Shown one piece after another: positions 1 to 10,397 of a stretch of 64,000 nt of DNA. This DNA is from an uncultured Planctomycetia bacterium (GTDB taxonomy: Bacteria > Omnitrophota > Gorgyraeia > Tantalellales > Tantalellaceae). How positions within the stretch are numbered: position 1 is the first letter of the stretch; each line of letters starts with the position of its first letter. The stretch spans positions 66,223 to 130,222 of the forward strand of contig CAZNEE010000001.1 of NCBI GenBank assembly GCA_964572255.1, read 5' to 3'. The translations under genes were made by a program, and so were the position numbers. Under the pieces are notes generated by a model that saw only the letters and a program-made list of their open reading frames with translations, was not told the origin of the DNA and ran no database searches.

Positions 1-1
1 A

Positions 2-3000
2 AGAGTTAATGAACTTACACGATATTTACTGGGGGTAAAGGATTCTACGGATGAACTAAAAAAACAGAAAGTTTTTGAAGATACTCTTACAGATCAAGGA
101 CTTGAAGTAGCAGGAAAATTACGCGCTATGAGCACCAAAACCTCAATAGTCTTGGCAAATTATACTCCGAAGGAAAAAGCCCAGGCTCTGAGGAACGTGC
201 AAGAGATCGATCCGATCCAGGCCATAGAGGCTTTTCAGGTAATGGAGAATCACTTTACAGGTTTTAAGAATAAGGAGGATTTTATTGCTCTGATCAGATT
301 TTACTGCGTATTTTCTGAAGGTATTGGACATGAATATTCTTCATATAGAAGCGAACTGCGCAGTATATTTACATATTTGTTGCGAGACGTTCGTTTTCCC
401 GATCCCGATCATCCGGAGATCAAGCTGGACCTTGATGATCTTGAAGATATAGCTAAAGCGGTGAGCGATGTAGAGACTGCCGAAAAAGAACTCGGCGTGA
501 GTGCGGTAAGTCAGGATCTTAATGTATCCGCGGAAGATATACCGATGTTCAGAGACCTCCTTTTTGAGGTTTTATATGAACGCCTTTCGGAAATTGAAGA
601 TCCCGATACGTTTTTTACCGTATTAAAGGATTTTTTAAACAGATGGCCTCTGGTCGGGTATTCCGAGATGATCAATATGGAGAGCCAGTATTTGCATATT
701 GACCCGAAACCCATTCTGGATCCCGGAGAAGTCAAATCTAGGTATGAAGGGATCGTGAAAAAAGGCATCCGGTTCATAGGGTCATCAGGGCCTGTATCCG
801 GAGATGATCCGGAAGTCCTGGAGCGCCTTATGATGGTGAGCTTCTTTTTGAAGGATATGTTTATAAAGTCCACCGTGCAGGAAGATCTTGCGATGAGGAT
901 AACGGAAAATATGGATTTTGAAGATGCGCTTGATTTTACCGAGAATTCCTACCACCCGCAAAACCCCTCCGGATTCCTTAGCTGCTGGGAGTACTTGATC
1001 GAAGAAAAGGCCCGGACCACGCAGCAATTGGATATATTGGGCGAAAAAATATTTAACATTTTGAGCGTTGACTCTGAAGGCATGGCGAAGACTTTCGGGA
1101 ATATTGCGGGATTTGACTGGCTTTCTGACCGCGTATTCGATGACAAACTGTTTTCTCTTCTGGCCTTGATGGAATCCGGCCAGAGCGACCAGAACTTAAG
1201 GTCATATCTTTTTTCAAAATGGTATGACAAATATAAGAAGTTTATAGATCCCGCAGAGGCGACCGAAATAGATTCCGGCGAACTGGAAGAGTGGGCCTCT
1301 GAAAATCCTGAAACGGTCATGCAAGAGGTTACTCGTGCTGACTATGATATCGGCAAATTATATTTCCCTTTGCAAAAATCAATGGAACAACTTTACAGGA
1401 TGGGCTTTAAAAGCAAATATGTTCTATTGAGGAAGCTGCTGGCAGGCAGAAACGGTGTTCTGCGCTTATATGAAAATAGAAAATTGCTGCTGAATGATTT
1501 CCTCAAGAGCAGCGTATCGTTTGAGGACGGGGGAAAGAAAGCAGAAGAGGTAATAACGGATATTTTAAGTAAGTTCTTTGAAGAGGCAGAGGAAGATCAG
1601 CTTTATTTTATGCTAAATCCGATCCTTATGGACCGCATCGGTGTTCCGCCCAGGGAACCTACACCATGGCATGATATTCCCGAGGTCAAAGATGAATTTC
1701 ATGAGATCGTGGACTACCTTTCCCATTATGATGTATTTCCTAAAGCGGGAATGGACGAAGTGGAAACGGCCGTTACAAAAAGGCTCTTAACATGGATATA
1801 TGGCTACACCCCGAAAGACCTGGATGAATCCGTCTTGGAAGAGAGCGAAGACCCGGACGATAAGTTTTTATCCCTGGCAGGTACAAGCACTTCCGGAGAA
1901 GGGATAGAACAGCTTACCTCAATAGGCCTGATCCTGCAGGTCGCAAAAAGGCTTGGTGCTCCCGGTGTAAGATTCCTTCAGCTTTTAGGGCAATTCATTG
2001 ATCTCCCCGATGAATATTCCGATGAATTCATGGATGTATATGATTCGATGGTAGGACAGTCAAGACTTTCAGCTTACCAGCTCCTGAAAAGGGAATGCCC
2101 CGAATATGTAAAAAGGATAAAAAAATTCAAACCCAGGGTCGGAGGCGGCTCACTCATGACGGTGTATGAAGTCGAGCTGGATGATGGGGCCAGGGAAGTC
2201 GTAAAGGTGCGTAACCCCAACGCCAGGTATTTTGCCGAGAGGTCTATCGAGCTCTTAGAGAAAGTTTTACGGGAGCTGTCGGAGGAAGATGAAAGGTACG
2301 AACAGGCGCTTGCGCTTCTTGATGACCTGCGGGAGTGGATCGAGGGGGACCTTACCGACGATGCATTTGCCGAAAATGATAAGATTTTCAGAAAGACCAA
2401 TGATGGATATAAGCCGAAGAAATTTAATTACAAGATAAGGGTATTCGAAAGCCATGACAGCGGTTCTCCGTACGTGATAAGAGAAAGATTTGTTGAGGGA
2501 ACGGACCTCACGAGAATTAATGACACAGATTTGCACCAGGATGAAAGAAAAGAAATCGCCGGCTTGATCATAAGAAATTATCTTGACCAGATCAAGGGGA
2601 GCTTACTTAAGGGGACTGCACTAGTGCATGCAGATGTTCATCCCGGTAATTTCAGGGTGACCGGGGATAAAGAAGTTGCGATACTCGACCGCAGTTCATA
2701 TATCGAATTGACGCTTGAAGATAGACTGTTGGTCAACAGTTTAGCAAAAGCCGGGAATATAGAGGAAAGATTAAAGATATTCCTTAAATATCTTGCAAAA
2801 CAAGAGGGGAATCAACATCTTAAGGACGCCAAGGAAGAAGAAAAAATTCGTTCTTTTGTATTGTCCAAATTAGATACAAATAAGAAGGACTTGGAAAAAG
2901 CCGTCTTGGATATCATCGTGCATCTCAAGAGGAGGAACGTGAAAATACCTCTTAAGATAACACTGCTTGTTAAAAACTTACATATACTCAGCAAGTGGGC

Positions 3001-6000
3001 AAAGGATGCCGGATTTGATTCGCTTCAGGAAGCGGCTGAATTCAATCCTAAGAAGCAAAAAGGCAAAGCCGATAGTACCGGAAAAACCTTACATATGAAA
3101 GGCATAGCTACGATCCTGGGAGTTATTATAGGTTTTGTAGTGGGAATGCCGGCATTAGGTCTTGGTATAGGAGTTCTGGCGGATATTGTTTTTGCGCTTC
3201 CGGCCGGATGGATAAGCGTTTTCATCAAAGCTGTCCGCAAGGAAGTGAAATATTTTATCGGTGTCGGTACGGGCGCGCTGATCACGCTTCTTATATTGAT
3301 GTGCGTTCCTGCGGACCATGCCAGAGGGAGCAGCGGATTGGTCAGCGAACCCAGCATGGTATTTTTCGGGGATAGTTATAAAACCGGTATTCCCGCGGCA
3401 AGGCTTGAGGACATCGAACCTGAACCGCTATTCGGTCAAGAGCCGGAGGAAAGGCTCGAGGGGCCCGGTGACGGCAAGCCTTATAGTACCGTTAAAATAG
3501 GATTTGAAGAGGTGAGAGATGCATATATTCCTCTCAGGAACAGGAGAAGCGGAAAAAATGCCGATAAAAATACATTGACCGCTGCAGGTAACTTGATCGA
3601 TCTGGTGTTGGAACATACCGATATAGACATGTCTGATGAGTACAGAAAGAACGTGAAGTTCCAGCTGATCATGACGATGATGGTGGAAAGCGACCAGTTT
3701 GCAGCACGTTTTCAGTACGGCGGAGGCCCTAACAGGGGGCTTGCACAGTTAAATCCCCGGGATGCCGGGAGGATCATTGATTATGTAGACAGAAGGTCGG
3801 GAAGGGAACTGTTCAAAAATGTTCTCCTGAAAACCATCGGCGAAGACTGGCAAGAGACCATTCTTGATAAGTCTGTCGATGAAATAACGGCCATGGTACA
3901 GGGGAAAGCCGGTGCGGAAGAAAAAGAAAAAGCAGAATGGACCACCCGGGTCGGCGGATTCAAATCATTTCTCATATATTCCAAGTTCAAGGTCCTTATT
4001 GCAAAGGCTCTGGATGCTGATTGGAGTTCGATCACAGCCATGACAGATCAGGAAATAGCCCAGAAGCTGGCTGATAATGATCTGCTCACGGCCGTAATGA
4101 GCCGCGCATATTATTTCATGAGCCCGGGGCTTGTTCCGGACAGAGGGGATCTGGAAGCCGTATACGAGTATTATCTCGCGACATGGGATCCCGACCCGCC
4201 CGTTTCCATGGACAGGTTTAAAAAGATGGCGGAAGTGGTCAATGAAAGCGGCATCATTGAAGGCCCGAGCGCAGTGATCGTAAAAACGGCAGCTGAAGAT
4301 AAAACCAAGGTTGTCCGGGAAGCCGTCCGTGAAAAAACGCCGGAAGACGCACAAACCGAAAGAAGCATCGAATCTGCTATGGGCAAGGATATCCCATTAA
4401 GGAACAGAACAGCCGAAAGAAGGCCAAGCAAAGAGTCCTTAAGAGCTTTGGCGGAGATTATAGACATTATCCTTGAACATACAGACAGGGAGATGACAAC
4501 GGAGTATAAGGAGAACGTAAAGAACCAGATAATCATGACAATAATGGTCGAGAGCGACCAGCTTGCGGCGCGGCAGCAGTACAAAGGAGGACCTGCCAGG
4601 GGCCTCGCGCAGTTCGAACCTTTGACCGCGGAATATGTCAGGGATTATATAGGAAAGAGATCCGAAGCCGGAGGGTTCACAAATGTAGTAAAAAGGGTGT
4701 TTGGTGAAAATTGGGAAGAGGCAGTATTCACAATGTCCCATGAAGAAATAATCGATAAGTTGGCGCAGCAGTTGGCGAATAAGCCGGATCAGACGCCGAA
4801 AGAAGAGAAAAAGCTCATAGAAAAGATCATTAAAGGCAAAGTCCGGAATTTCAGGTCATTTTTGGTATATTCAAGGTTCAGGTTCCTCATCATAAAGGCA
4901 TTGGGTTCGGATTGGGGATCAGTTACGGCCATGAGCGGCCAAGAATTGGGGGACAGGATGGCGAAAGGTGCGGGAAGGGACGTGTTCGCCATTACCATGA
5001 GCCGTGCGAATTATTTCAGGGATCCGAGGCTTATTCCTGACAGGAGGGACACGGAAGCCGTATATAGATATTATCTCGAGAACTGGCGTCCCGGAAAACC
5101 CGTTCCTTTTTCAAGATTCAGGGATCTTGTCCGGATGGTCAATGAAAGCGGTATTTTCAAGACAGAAGAAGTGGTTACCCCGGAACCGTTCGAAACACAG
5201 GAGATGCAAACGGAACCGCTTGTGCCGGCTGCCGGCAGTTGGTTCAGCGACCCCGAATATGCCCGGAAAAAAGCATGGTGGATCGAGACCCTGATATCTT
5301 TTGGAGTTGGAACGGTTACTGCGCTTACATTGGCGCTGGCGGGGCTTGCGAATGCCATTCCTTTAACGGCTTCTATCGCGGCCGCGGTCACTTTCTGGCT
5401 TCCTCATTTATTATTCGATAACAAAAAAGCGGCTTTTGATCATTCTGTTCTTTCTCTGTCGCTTGTTACATGGCTTTTCTCTATGGCAGCTTTCTTGCCG
5501 GTTTATTTCGGGGCAGCCCTTCCTATATCTATAGGGGCGGTCGTTTTTTCAGGTGTTTCATTGGCATTAATGCACAGGAAGATGAATCTGGGCATAAGAG
5601 CTATACCCAAATTATTTTTATTCATAATATTGTGTCTGTTAAGCCGCGGACAGGCAAAAGCGGATGAGTTTGAGGATGACCTTCAATTCATGCCGACATT
5701 TGAATTAGTGCCGGATGGAGATGGAGATCCGATACCGAAGATCGGTTTTTATTTTAAATGGACGTTCGGGGGCGATTCGGAAGATTATACCTATTACAGA
5801 GAAAAGCGGCCTTCTTTGGATACATGGAGCCGCGTCGGGCTGACAAGCCTTTTGGTGCTGGGCACGCATTACTATGATAAAGATGCCGGCGATACACGGC
5901 CTTATCTATATGCGAACGTGTTAAGTTCGGCTCTATTGGGCACTTTTGGATCATGGCAGCATGACCAGGATATACTGGACAACACGATATACGGGGGTTT

Positions 6001-9000
6001 AGCCGGACTTACGATGTATGCGGGCAAACGCTTTACGGGAGATATGCTTGATGAGCCGGGTTACTGGAGTTTTCTCGGAAGGCCCATCCATTCAGTCGGT
6101 GTTTCGATGAGAAATAATATTTTAATAGGAGAGGCGCCTTTCAGCAGGCTTGAATTTGATTTCGGGCCGGCACTCTTTAGTTTTGTACCGAAAGACGATC
6201 ATATGGATGTGGGTTTTTGCCTGCTTCCGTATCCTTTATGGGGCATGAGCCACGGTCTTGTTTCCGGAGGGAAGATCGATTGGAGGAGCACTTTCAAGGT
6301 AGGTGCTTTGGTTTTTGAAGGCAACAAAAGCGATCCATATTTGGCCGGTGCAGCCGGAGTGGCAATAGGTAATGTTATATTTCGTAGGCCTGACAGTTAT
6401 TTTGAAGGCAGAGAAGAATTCTTCAAGCCTGTTTTATATCACGAATTTATTCATACGACGCAATATAATGATCTTAGTAGCTTGTGGTATTTTTTCATGC
6501 ACCTCTCAGATGTTGACAGAAAAGGAATGATAGACTTTTCCAGAAATTATTGGTTGAGGATCGATAGACTGGCCCCTTGGGGGACAGGTATGTTATGGAA
6601 TTGGCATGAAAAATCACAGGATATTGAACATGATGATATGCTTATTGAGTTGGAAACAACGGCATTCGAGGAATGGTATAAAGACTCCCATGAAATAGAA
6701 TTACCATGGTCTCACCATTTCCGGTTTCCGAAATACATCTGGGATGAGTTCGAGAGACGTCTTATAGAAAACCCCGAAATAAGCTCGGATGTTTACAAAC
6801 AGGTCAAGATCAACGGCCTTGCCTGGAGAGATGCGAGAAGTAAGCTTCACTGGCTTGATGAAATGATCGGGGAAGAGGATTTCGAGAGAGTTTTAACTCA
6901 GGCTAAAGACGCCATAAATGCCGTTAAAAAAGGATCTTCAAGAAAAGTAGCGGATATATCCGAAGTTAGAGATGTAGTCCTGTACCATGAGTTGATACAT
7001 TCTAGTTTTCATGATGTAAAGTATAAGGAGCTGATCAAAGGCTTATGGCAGAAATTGTACGAAAAAACGGGGCCGCTTCATGAAAATCACCCGTTTATCA
7101 CCGCCTTCAGGAAAGTATACGGTGAACCTCACGGGATCGAAACCACATCCCTGGACAGGATCGGCTGGTATCTTGAGGAATTTCTCACCTTATCCATTCA
7201 GGAGAAAAATGTCTTTAATGATGAATATGCCGTTATCAACAGGATGGATTATGATGACCCGGACTTCCTCAAAAAAGCTTTGACAGAGGTCCTTGACACT
7301 AAGATAGCCAGGGATCTTATGAGATTTTTACCGGAGAAAGCCATTAAATATAAAGACGGCACATCTAATGCGGAAACTAAAGTATTGCCCGCGGAAGAAG
7401 ACCCCCGTTTATCCCGGGAAATTCTGGAAATGATAAGGAAAGCGGATACAGTCCGTATCCAGATAGAGCAAAAAAAGAGAAGCAGGACCAAAGCTTTTGA
7501 AGCGGAAGAGGCCAGGACAACAAAAGGAAGGGGCAAGGTAAAAGCGTTCGTGCCTCCCCAAAAAAGAAGCCTTGTCGATACTGCTGTTTTTGAAAATGAA
7601 CTTGCCAGACTGGGCGTTGTAGAGATGAAGAAAGGAAAGTATCACTTCAATATCATTCCAAATCTCAAAATGACCCCTGATGGTGAAGTCAGAATAGATA
7701 TGGAAAAGGCCTTGAGGTATAAAGATTTAATAGCTATACCCGAAAGCTTATCGACAGAAAATGTCAGGATCGTCCAGGAGCTGTATTATCAGGCTGTGAT
7801 ATTGGAACTTAAAGCCAGGAGAACCGAAGGTGAGCAGGCAACTTCTTTATTGATGCAGGCCGAAGTGATGAGAGCAAAAGCCAATAAAATACTTGAAGAT
7901 TGGGAGATAAAGCCCAATGACGCCGTAGTTAAGAAAAATCTGGAGATGATAGAGAAGAAGTTAGCCCCGTATAAAAATGTCAAAGAAACGGCAAAGTTCG
8001 ACAAAGAAAAAGAAAAGAAAAAAGTTATAAAAGTAATGGTGAACCCGAATGGCGAGATCGTAGATAAGCCGGGAACCTTGACCCAGACAATAGAGATCGT
8101 TTTTGATACATGGGATAACCAGCTGGAACTTCCTCTGAAGAAAGTTCATATCAACCTTCGCCAGGCTGTTAAGTATTACAACAGGGCAAATACACCGTCC
8201 GCGAAAATCAAGTTTACAACTACGGTCATTGACAAGATCAAAGAGGAGGAAGCGGAGCAAAATTTTGAAGGAAAAACACAGATAGAACCCTTTGAAGATA
8301 ATTTACCGGGAACTGTGATGAACTCGTCAGACACTATCGGAAAATGGGAAGAAGTCGTGCCTGTTAAATTATCTAAAAAAACAGGCGCACTTGAAGGCAT
8401 TATCATGAACATTGATACGAAAGAGACAATAGACCTTTCCAGGGTAAGCCAGACATGGCTGGATGATCCGAATGAAATGGTATCTTATGTTAACCGCGTT
8501 GAAAATTATATTCAGCAGGCCAGTCCCTCTCCAGAAGAAGGCGAACTCCTTCAGGATATTATAAGACAGTTCAAAGCTCATTTACCCGAACGGATCGTTA
8601 TTGTTAACGAAGGGAAGAAAGGTTTTTTCGGAACGGGAAAAGAGAATTTTATTATTATTGATGAGACGCTTTTGAATGATGATCCTGAAGCCCTCCTTCA
8701 TGAGATCAGTGAATACTTAAAGCACAGTGATCCTGAGATCATAAGCCGCATGGAAAATCTTCTCGATCATTCTAAATCCAATAAATATGCAGGAGGCGTG
8801 TGGCTTGATGAAAAAATGGCAAAATATGAAGCTCAAGGGAGACTGGATTATTTTATTAAGAACAGGGAACATTACGTTATCCGCGCTTTTATACGCCAGG
8901 TATTTAAGGATAAGGACGTGGAGTTGACCCGGGCCATAAAAGAGTCATATTTAACCGATAACGGCACAATGTCTAATCTTAAGGGGATAGACTTAAAGTC

Positions 9001-10390
9001 CATGATAGGCGAGAAATTATTAAGTGCATTCACTGAATTAAATAACGGGAAGAGGCCTCAGATCATAAACGTATCCGGGCAATATGAGGATGTTGCAGCC
9101 GAACAGGAGAAAAAGATGAAGGATATTCCGGATGACGAGTATGTTATCGTGACCTTGTCTGATTCTATTCAAAGTTTCGAGTACTATGTCGATTATTACC
9201 GCATTGCGGTCGACAAAGCGGGCATTTTCAGGGACAGACATTTTAAGAAGCTTTGGGAAGAAAACGGCGATCTCGGGCGGGATTTTGAATTTGTCTTTAG
9301 TTTCCGGATATTTCAGAACTTAAGCGTTGAAATAGGCGATGTTGCCGTAGGCAAACATAAAAGCATGGATCTTGAAGATCTGAAGAGAGTTGATGAATTA
9401 AGAGGCAAGGGAATAGTGTCCGAGGCTTTCAGCATTCTCGCAAAGAGGCTCGAGGAAGATCTGGGAGGGAAAAATATAGTTACCAGGTCTTTAGAGGAAA
9501 CAGAGAAAGAGGAAGAGGAATTTAAGATCATACCGCATCTTATGAGGAAGCATTTTGACGCGCAAAAAGTCGGTTACAATACATACATCGGGAAGATAAG
9601 AACCAGGATCGACCCCGAACTCCCGGCTTTAACGAGCCTGGAAGAGGAAGAAGGCGAGAGGGAACTTAAAGAATATCTTACGGATCTTGTAAGCGAAACG
9701 GCCCAGGGAAGCATGCAGGACCTTATGGACGGTGGAGAGGTAATATTTAACATTCCTCTGAATCCTGAAATGGCAGGTGTAACGGATGAAGTAAGATCAA
9801 AATTCTACAACAGGATATATGAAGCCCGCAGATTATCGAACGATCTGGTCCAGACCTTTAACCTCGGGAATATCATGATAAATTTCTTCGAAGAATCTGC
9901 TGAAGGGAGAAGCGAACTTTTAGCCAGAATGCAGAAGGCTATCGGCAAGTGGGGCGACATTACAATCGAGGATAAAAAAAGAAGGGTCATAACTTTCTCT
10001 TTTGAGAAGAGCGAAGAAATAGAGAGGGAATCATTTGTTGTTTATTTGGAAGGTGCTAAAAAAGGTGAAAAAACCGCAACACCTACGCCGATATCGGCTT
10101 GTGTCGCCGCGGGAATAAGAATAGTGAACCTGTTCGATCTCACCAGATCCGATAGAGAGGCGAAGCCTGATAAGGATCAGATCGAAGATGCCGTCAGAAA
10201 AGCGGCCAGAGGAATAGTTGCGTTATCGGGCTCGATAAATAAGCAATTATTGGATTCCCTGGTCGCCAGGATCCAAAAAGAAGGATTACTTGAACTGTCG
10301 GGAAAATTATTCGTGAAAATCAGACCTATAAATTGGGGCGAGGTAATTTTATATCATGAAGCTGAAGCGGAAGCGCTTAGATCACTGTAA
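2..10390 (+). CDS. Giant multidomain membrane protein, 5'-truncated by the window edge (ABC1-like kinase, 2x lysozyme-like, HExxH metallopeptidase-like, GNAT-like)
   Basis: The ORF track gives 128..10390 (3420 aa). The same frame is open from base 2 (RVNELTRYLLGVKD...), so the true start is upstream of the window. Several hydrophobic TM segments; domain motifs are listed separately. Confidence 0.9.
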   Translation, partial: RVNELTRYLLGVKDSTDELKKQKVFEDTLTDQGLEVAGKLRAMSTKTSIVLANYTPKEKAQALRNVQEIDPIQAIEAFQVMENHFTGFKNKEDFIALIRFYCVFSEGIGHEYSSYRSELRSIFTYLLRDVRFPDPDHPEIKLDLDDLEDIAKAVSDVETAEKELGVSAVSQDLNVSAEDIPMFRDLLFEVLYERLSEIEDPDTFFTVLKDFLNRWPLVGYSEMINMESQYLHIDPKPILDPGEVKSRYEGIVKKGIRFIGSSGPVSGDDPEVLERLMMVSFFLKDMFIKSTVQEDLAMRITENMDFEDALDFTENSYHPQNPSGFLSCWEYLIEEKARTTQQLDILGEKIFNILSVDSEGMAKTFGNIAGFDWLSDRVFDDKLFSLLALMESGQSDQNLRSYLFSKWYDKYKKFIDPAEATEIDSGELEEWASENPETVMQEVTRADYDIGKLYFPLQKSMEQLYRMGFKSKYVLLRKLLAGRNGVLRLYENRKLLLNDFLKSSVSFEDGGKKAEEVITDILSKFFEEAEEDQLYFMLNPILMDRIGVPPREPTPWHDIPEVKDEFHEIVDYLSHYDVFPKAGMDEVETAVTKRLLTWIYGYTPKDLDESVLEESEDPDDKFLSLAGTSTSGEGIEQLTSIGLILQVAKRLGAPGVRFLQLLGQFIDLPDEYSDEFMDVYDSMVGQSRLSAYQLLKRECPEYVKRIKKFKPRVGGGSLMTVYEVELDDGAREVVKVRNPNARYFAERSIELLEKVLRELSEEDERYEQALALLDDLREWIEGDLTDDAFAENDKIFRKTNDGYKPKKFNYKIRVFESHDSGSPYVIRERFVEGTDLTRINDTDLHQDERKEIAGLIIRNYLDQIKGSLLKGTALVHADVHPGNFRVTGDKEVAILDRSSYIELTLEDRLLVNSLAKAGNIEERLKIFLKYLAKQEGNQHLKDAKEEEKIRSFVLSKLDTNKKDLEKAVLDIIVHLKRRNVKIPLKITLLVKNLHILSKWAKDAGFDSLQEAAEFNPKKQKGKADSTGKTLHMKGIATILGVIIGFVVGMPALGLGIGVLADIVFALPAGWISVFIKAVRKEVKYFIGVGTGALITLLILMCVPADHARGSSGLVSEPSMVFFGDSYKTGIPAARLEDIEPEPLFGQEPEERLEGPGDGKPYSTVKIGFEEVRDAYIPLRNRRSGKNADKNTLTAAGNLIDLVLEHTDIDMSDEYRKNVKFQLIMTMMVESDQFAARFQYGGGPNRGLAQLNPRDAGRIIDYVDRRSGRELFKNVLLKTIGEDWQETILDKSVDEITAMVQGKAGAEEKEKAEWTTRVGGFKSFLIYSKFKVLIAKALDADWSSITAMTDQEIAQKLADNDLLTAVMSRAYYFMSPGLVPDRGDLEAVYEYYLATWDPDPPVSMDRFKKMAEVVNESGIIEGPSAVIVKTAAEDKTKVVREAVREKTPEDAQTERSIESAMGKDIPLRNRTAERRPSKESLRALAEIIDIILEHTDREMTTEYKENVKNQIIMTIMVESDQLAARQQYKGGPARGLAQFEPLTAEYVRDYIGKRSEAGGFTNVVKRVFGENWEEAVFTMSHEEIIDKLAQQLANKPDQTPKEEKKLIEKIIKGKVRNFRSFLVYSRFRFLIIKALGSDWGSVTAMSGQELGDRMAKGAGRDVFAITMSRANYFRDPRLIPDRRDTEAVYRYYLENWRPGKPVPFSRFRDLVRMVNESGIFKTEEVVTPEPFETQEMQTEPLVPAAGSWFSDPEYARKKAWWIETLISFGVGTVTALTLALAGLANAIPLTASIAAAVTFWLPHLLFDNKKAAFDHSVLSLSLVTWLFSMAAFLPVYFGAALPISIGAVVFSGVSLALMHRKMNLGIRAIPKLFLFIILCLLSRGQAKADEFEDDLQFMPTFELVPDGDGDPIPKIGFYFKWTFGGDSEDYTYYREKRPSLDTWSRVGLTSLLVLGTHYYDKDAGDTRPYLYANVLSSALLGTFGSWQHDQDILDNTIYGGLAGLTMYAGKRFTGDMLDEPGYWSFLGRPIHSVGVSMRNNILIGEAPFSRLEFDFGPALFSFVPKDDHMDVGFCLLPYPLWGMSHGLVSGGKIDWRSTFKVGALVFEGNKSDPYLAGAAGVAIGNVIFRRPDSYFEGREEFFKPVLYHEFIHTTQYNDLSSLWYFFMHLSDVDRKGMIDFSRNYWLRIDRLAPWGTGMLWNWHEKSQDIEHDDMLIELETTAFEEWYKDSHEIELPWSHHFRFPKYIWDEFERRLIENPEISSDVYKQVKINGLAWRDARSKLHWLDEMIGEEDFERVLTQAKDAINAVKKGSSRKVADISEVRDVVLYHELIHSSFHDVKYKELIKGLWQKLYEKTGPLHENHPFITAFRKVYGEPHGIETTSLDRIGWYLEEFLTLSIQEKNVFNDEYAVINRMDYDDPDFLKKALTEVLDTKIARDLMRFLPEKAIKYKDGTSNAETKVLPAEEDPRLSREILEMIRKADTVRIQIEQKKRSRTKAFEAEEARTTKGRGKVKAFVPPQKRSLVDTAVFENELARLGVVEMKKGKYHFNIIPNLKMTPDGEVRIDMEKALRYKDLIAIPESLSTENVRIVQELYYQAVILELKARRTEGEQATSLLMQAEVMRAKANKILEDWEIKPNDAVVKKNLEMIEKKLAPYKNVKETAKFDKEKEKKKVIKVMVNPNGEIVDKPGTLTQTIEIVFDTWDNQLELPLKKVHINLRQAVKYYNRANTPSAKIKFTTTVIDKIKEEEAEQNFEGKTQIEPFEDNLPGTVMNSSDTIGKWEEVVPVKLSKKTGALEGIIMNIDTKETIDLSRVSQTWLDDPNEMVSYVNRVENYIQQASPSPEEGELLQDIIRQFKAHLPERIVIVNEGKKGFFGTGKENFIIIDETLLNDDPEALLHEISEYLKHSDPEIISRMENLLDHSKSNKYAGGVWLDEKMAKYEAQGRLDYFIKNREHYVIRAFIRQVFKDKDVELTRAIKESYLTDNGTMSNLKGIDLKSMIGEKLLSAFTELNNGKRPQIINVSGQYEDVAAEQEKKMKDIPDDEYVIVTLSDSIQSFEYYVDYYRIAVDKAGIFRDRHFKKLWEENGDLGRDFEFVFSFRIFQNLSVEIGDVAVGKHKSMDLEDLKRVDELRGKGIVSEAFSILAKRLEEDLGGKNIVTRSLEETEKEEEEFKIIPHLMRKHFDAQKVGYNTYIGKIRTRIDPELPALTSLEEEEGERELKEYLTDLVSETAQGSMQDLMDGGEVIFNIPLNPEMAGVTDEVRSKFYNRIYEARRLSNDLVQTFNLGNIMINFFEESAEGRSELLARMQKAIGKWGDITIEDKKRRVITFSFEKSEEIERESFVVYLEGAKKGEKTATPTPISACVAAGIRIVNLFDLTRSDREAKPDKDQIEDAVRKAARGIVALSGSINKQLLDSLVARIQKEGLLELSGKLFVKIRPINWGEVILYHEAEAEALRSL
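1920..3050 (+). other. ABC1/UbiB/AarF-family atypical kinase domain within giant protein 1
   Basis: LGAPGVRFLQ (KxGQ position, 1970-1981), VGGGSLMTVY (2141), VVKV (2201), HADVHPGN (2627-2650) and ILDRS (DFG position, 2687) occur in the family's order and spacing. Confidence 0.85.
3524..5160 (+). repeat. Tandem duplicated lysozyme-like / lytic transglycosylase-like domains (period about 288 aa)
   Basis: Two copies of IPLRNR...MTxMVES(D)Q.AAR.QY.GGP.RGLAQ...MSRA.YF..P.L.PDR.D.EAVY.YYL..W.P...VNESGI. Candidate catalytic Glu codons at 3686 and 4550. Confidence 0.7.
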
Positions 10391-10397
10391 TATTGTT

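Noticed and set aside
128-130. ATG at 128 as the start of giant protein 1
   Set aside because: The frame is open back to base 2, with no signal peptide at 128; the gene begins outside the window.
10356-10397. Longer start for the 548-aa ORF
   Set aside because: It overlaps the upstream gene. ATG 10398 follows the stop and yields a clean signal peptide.
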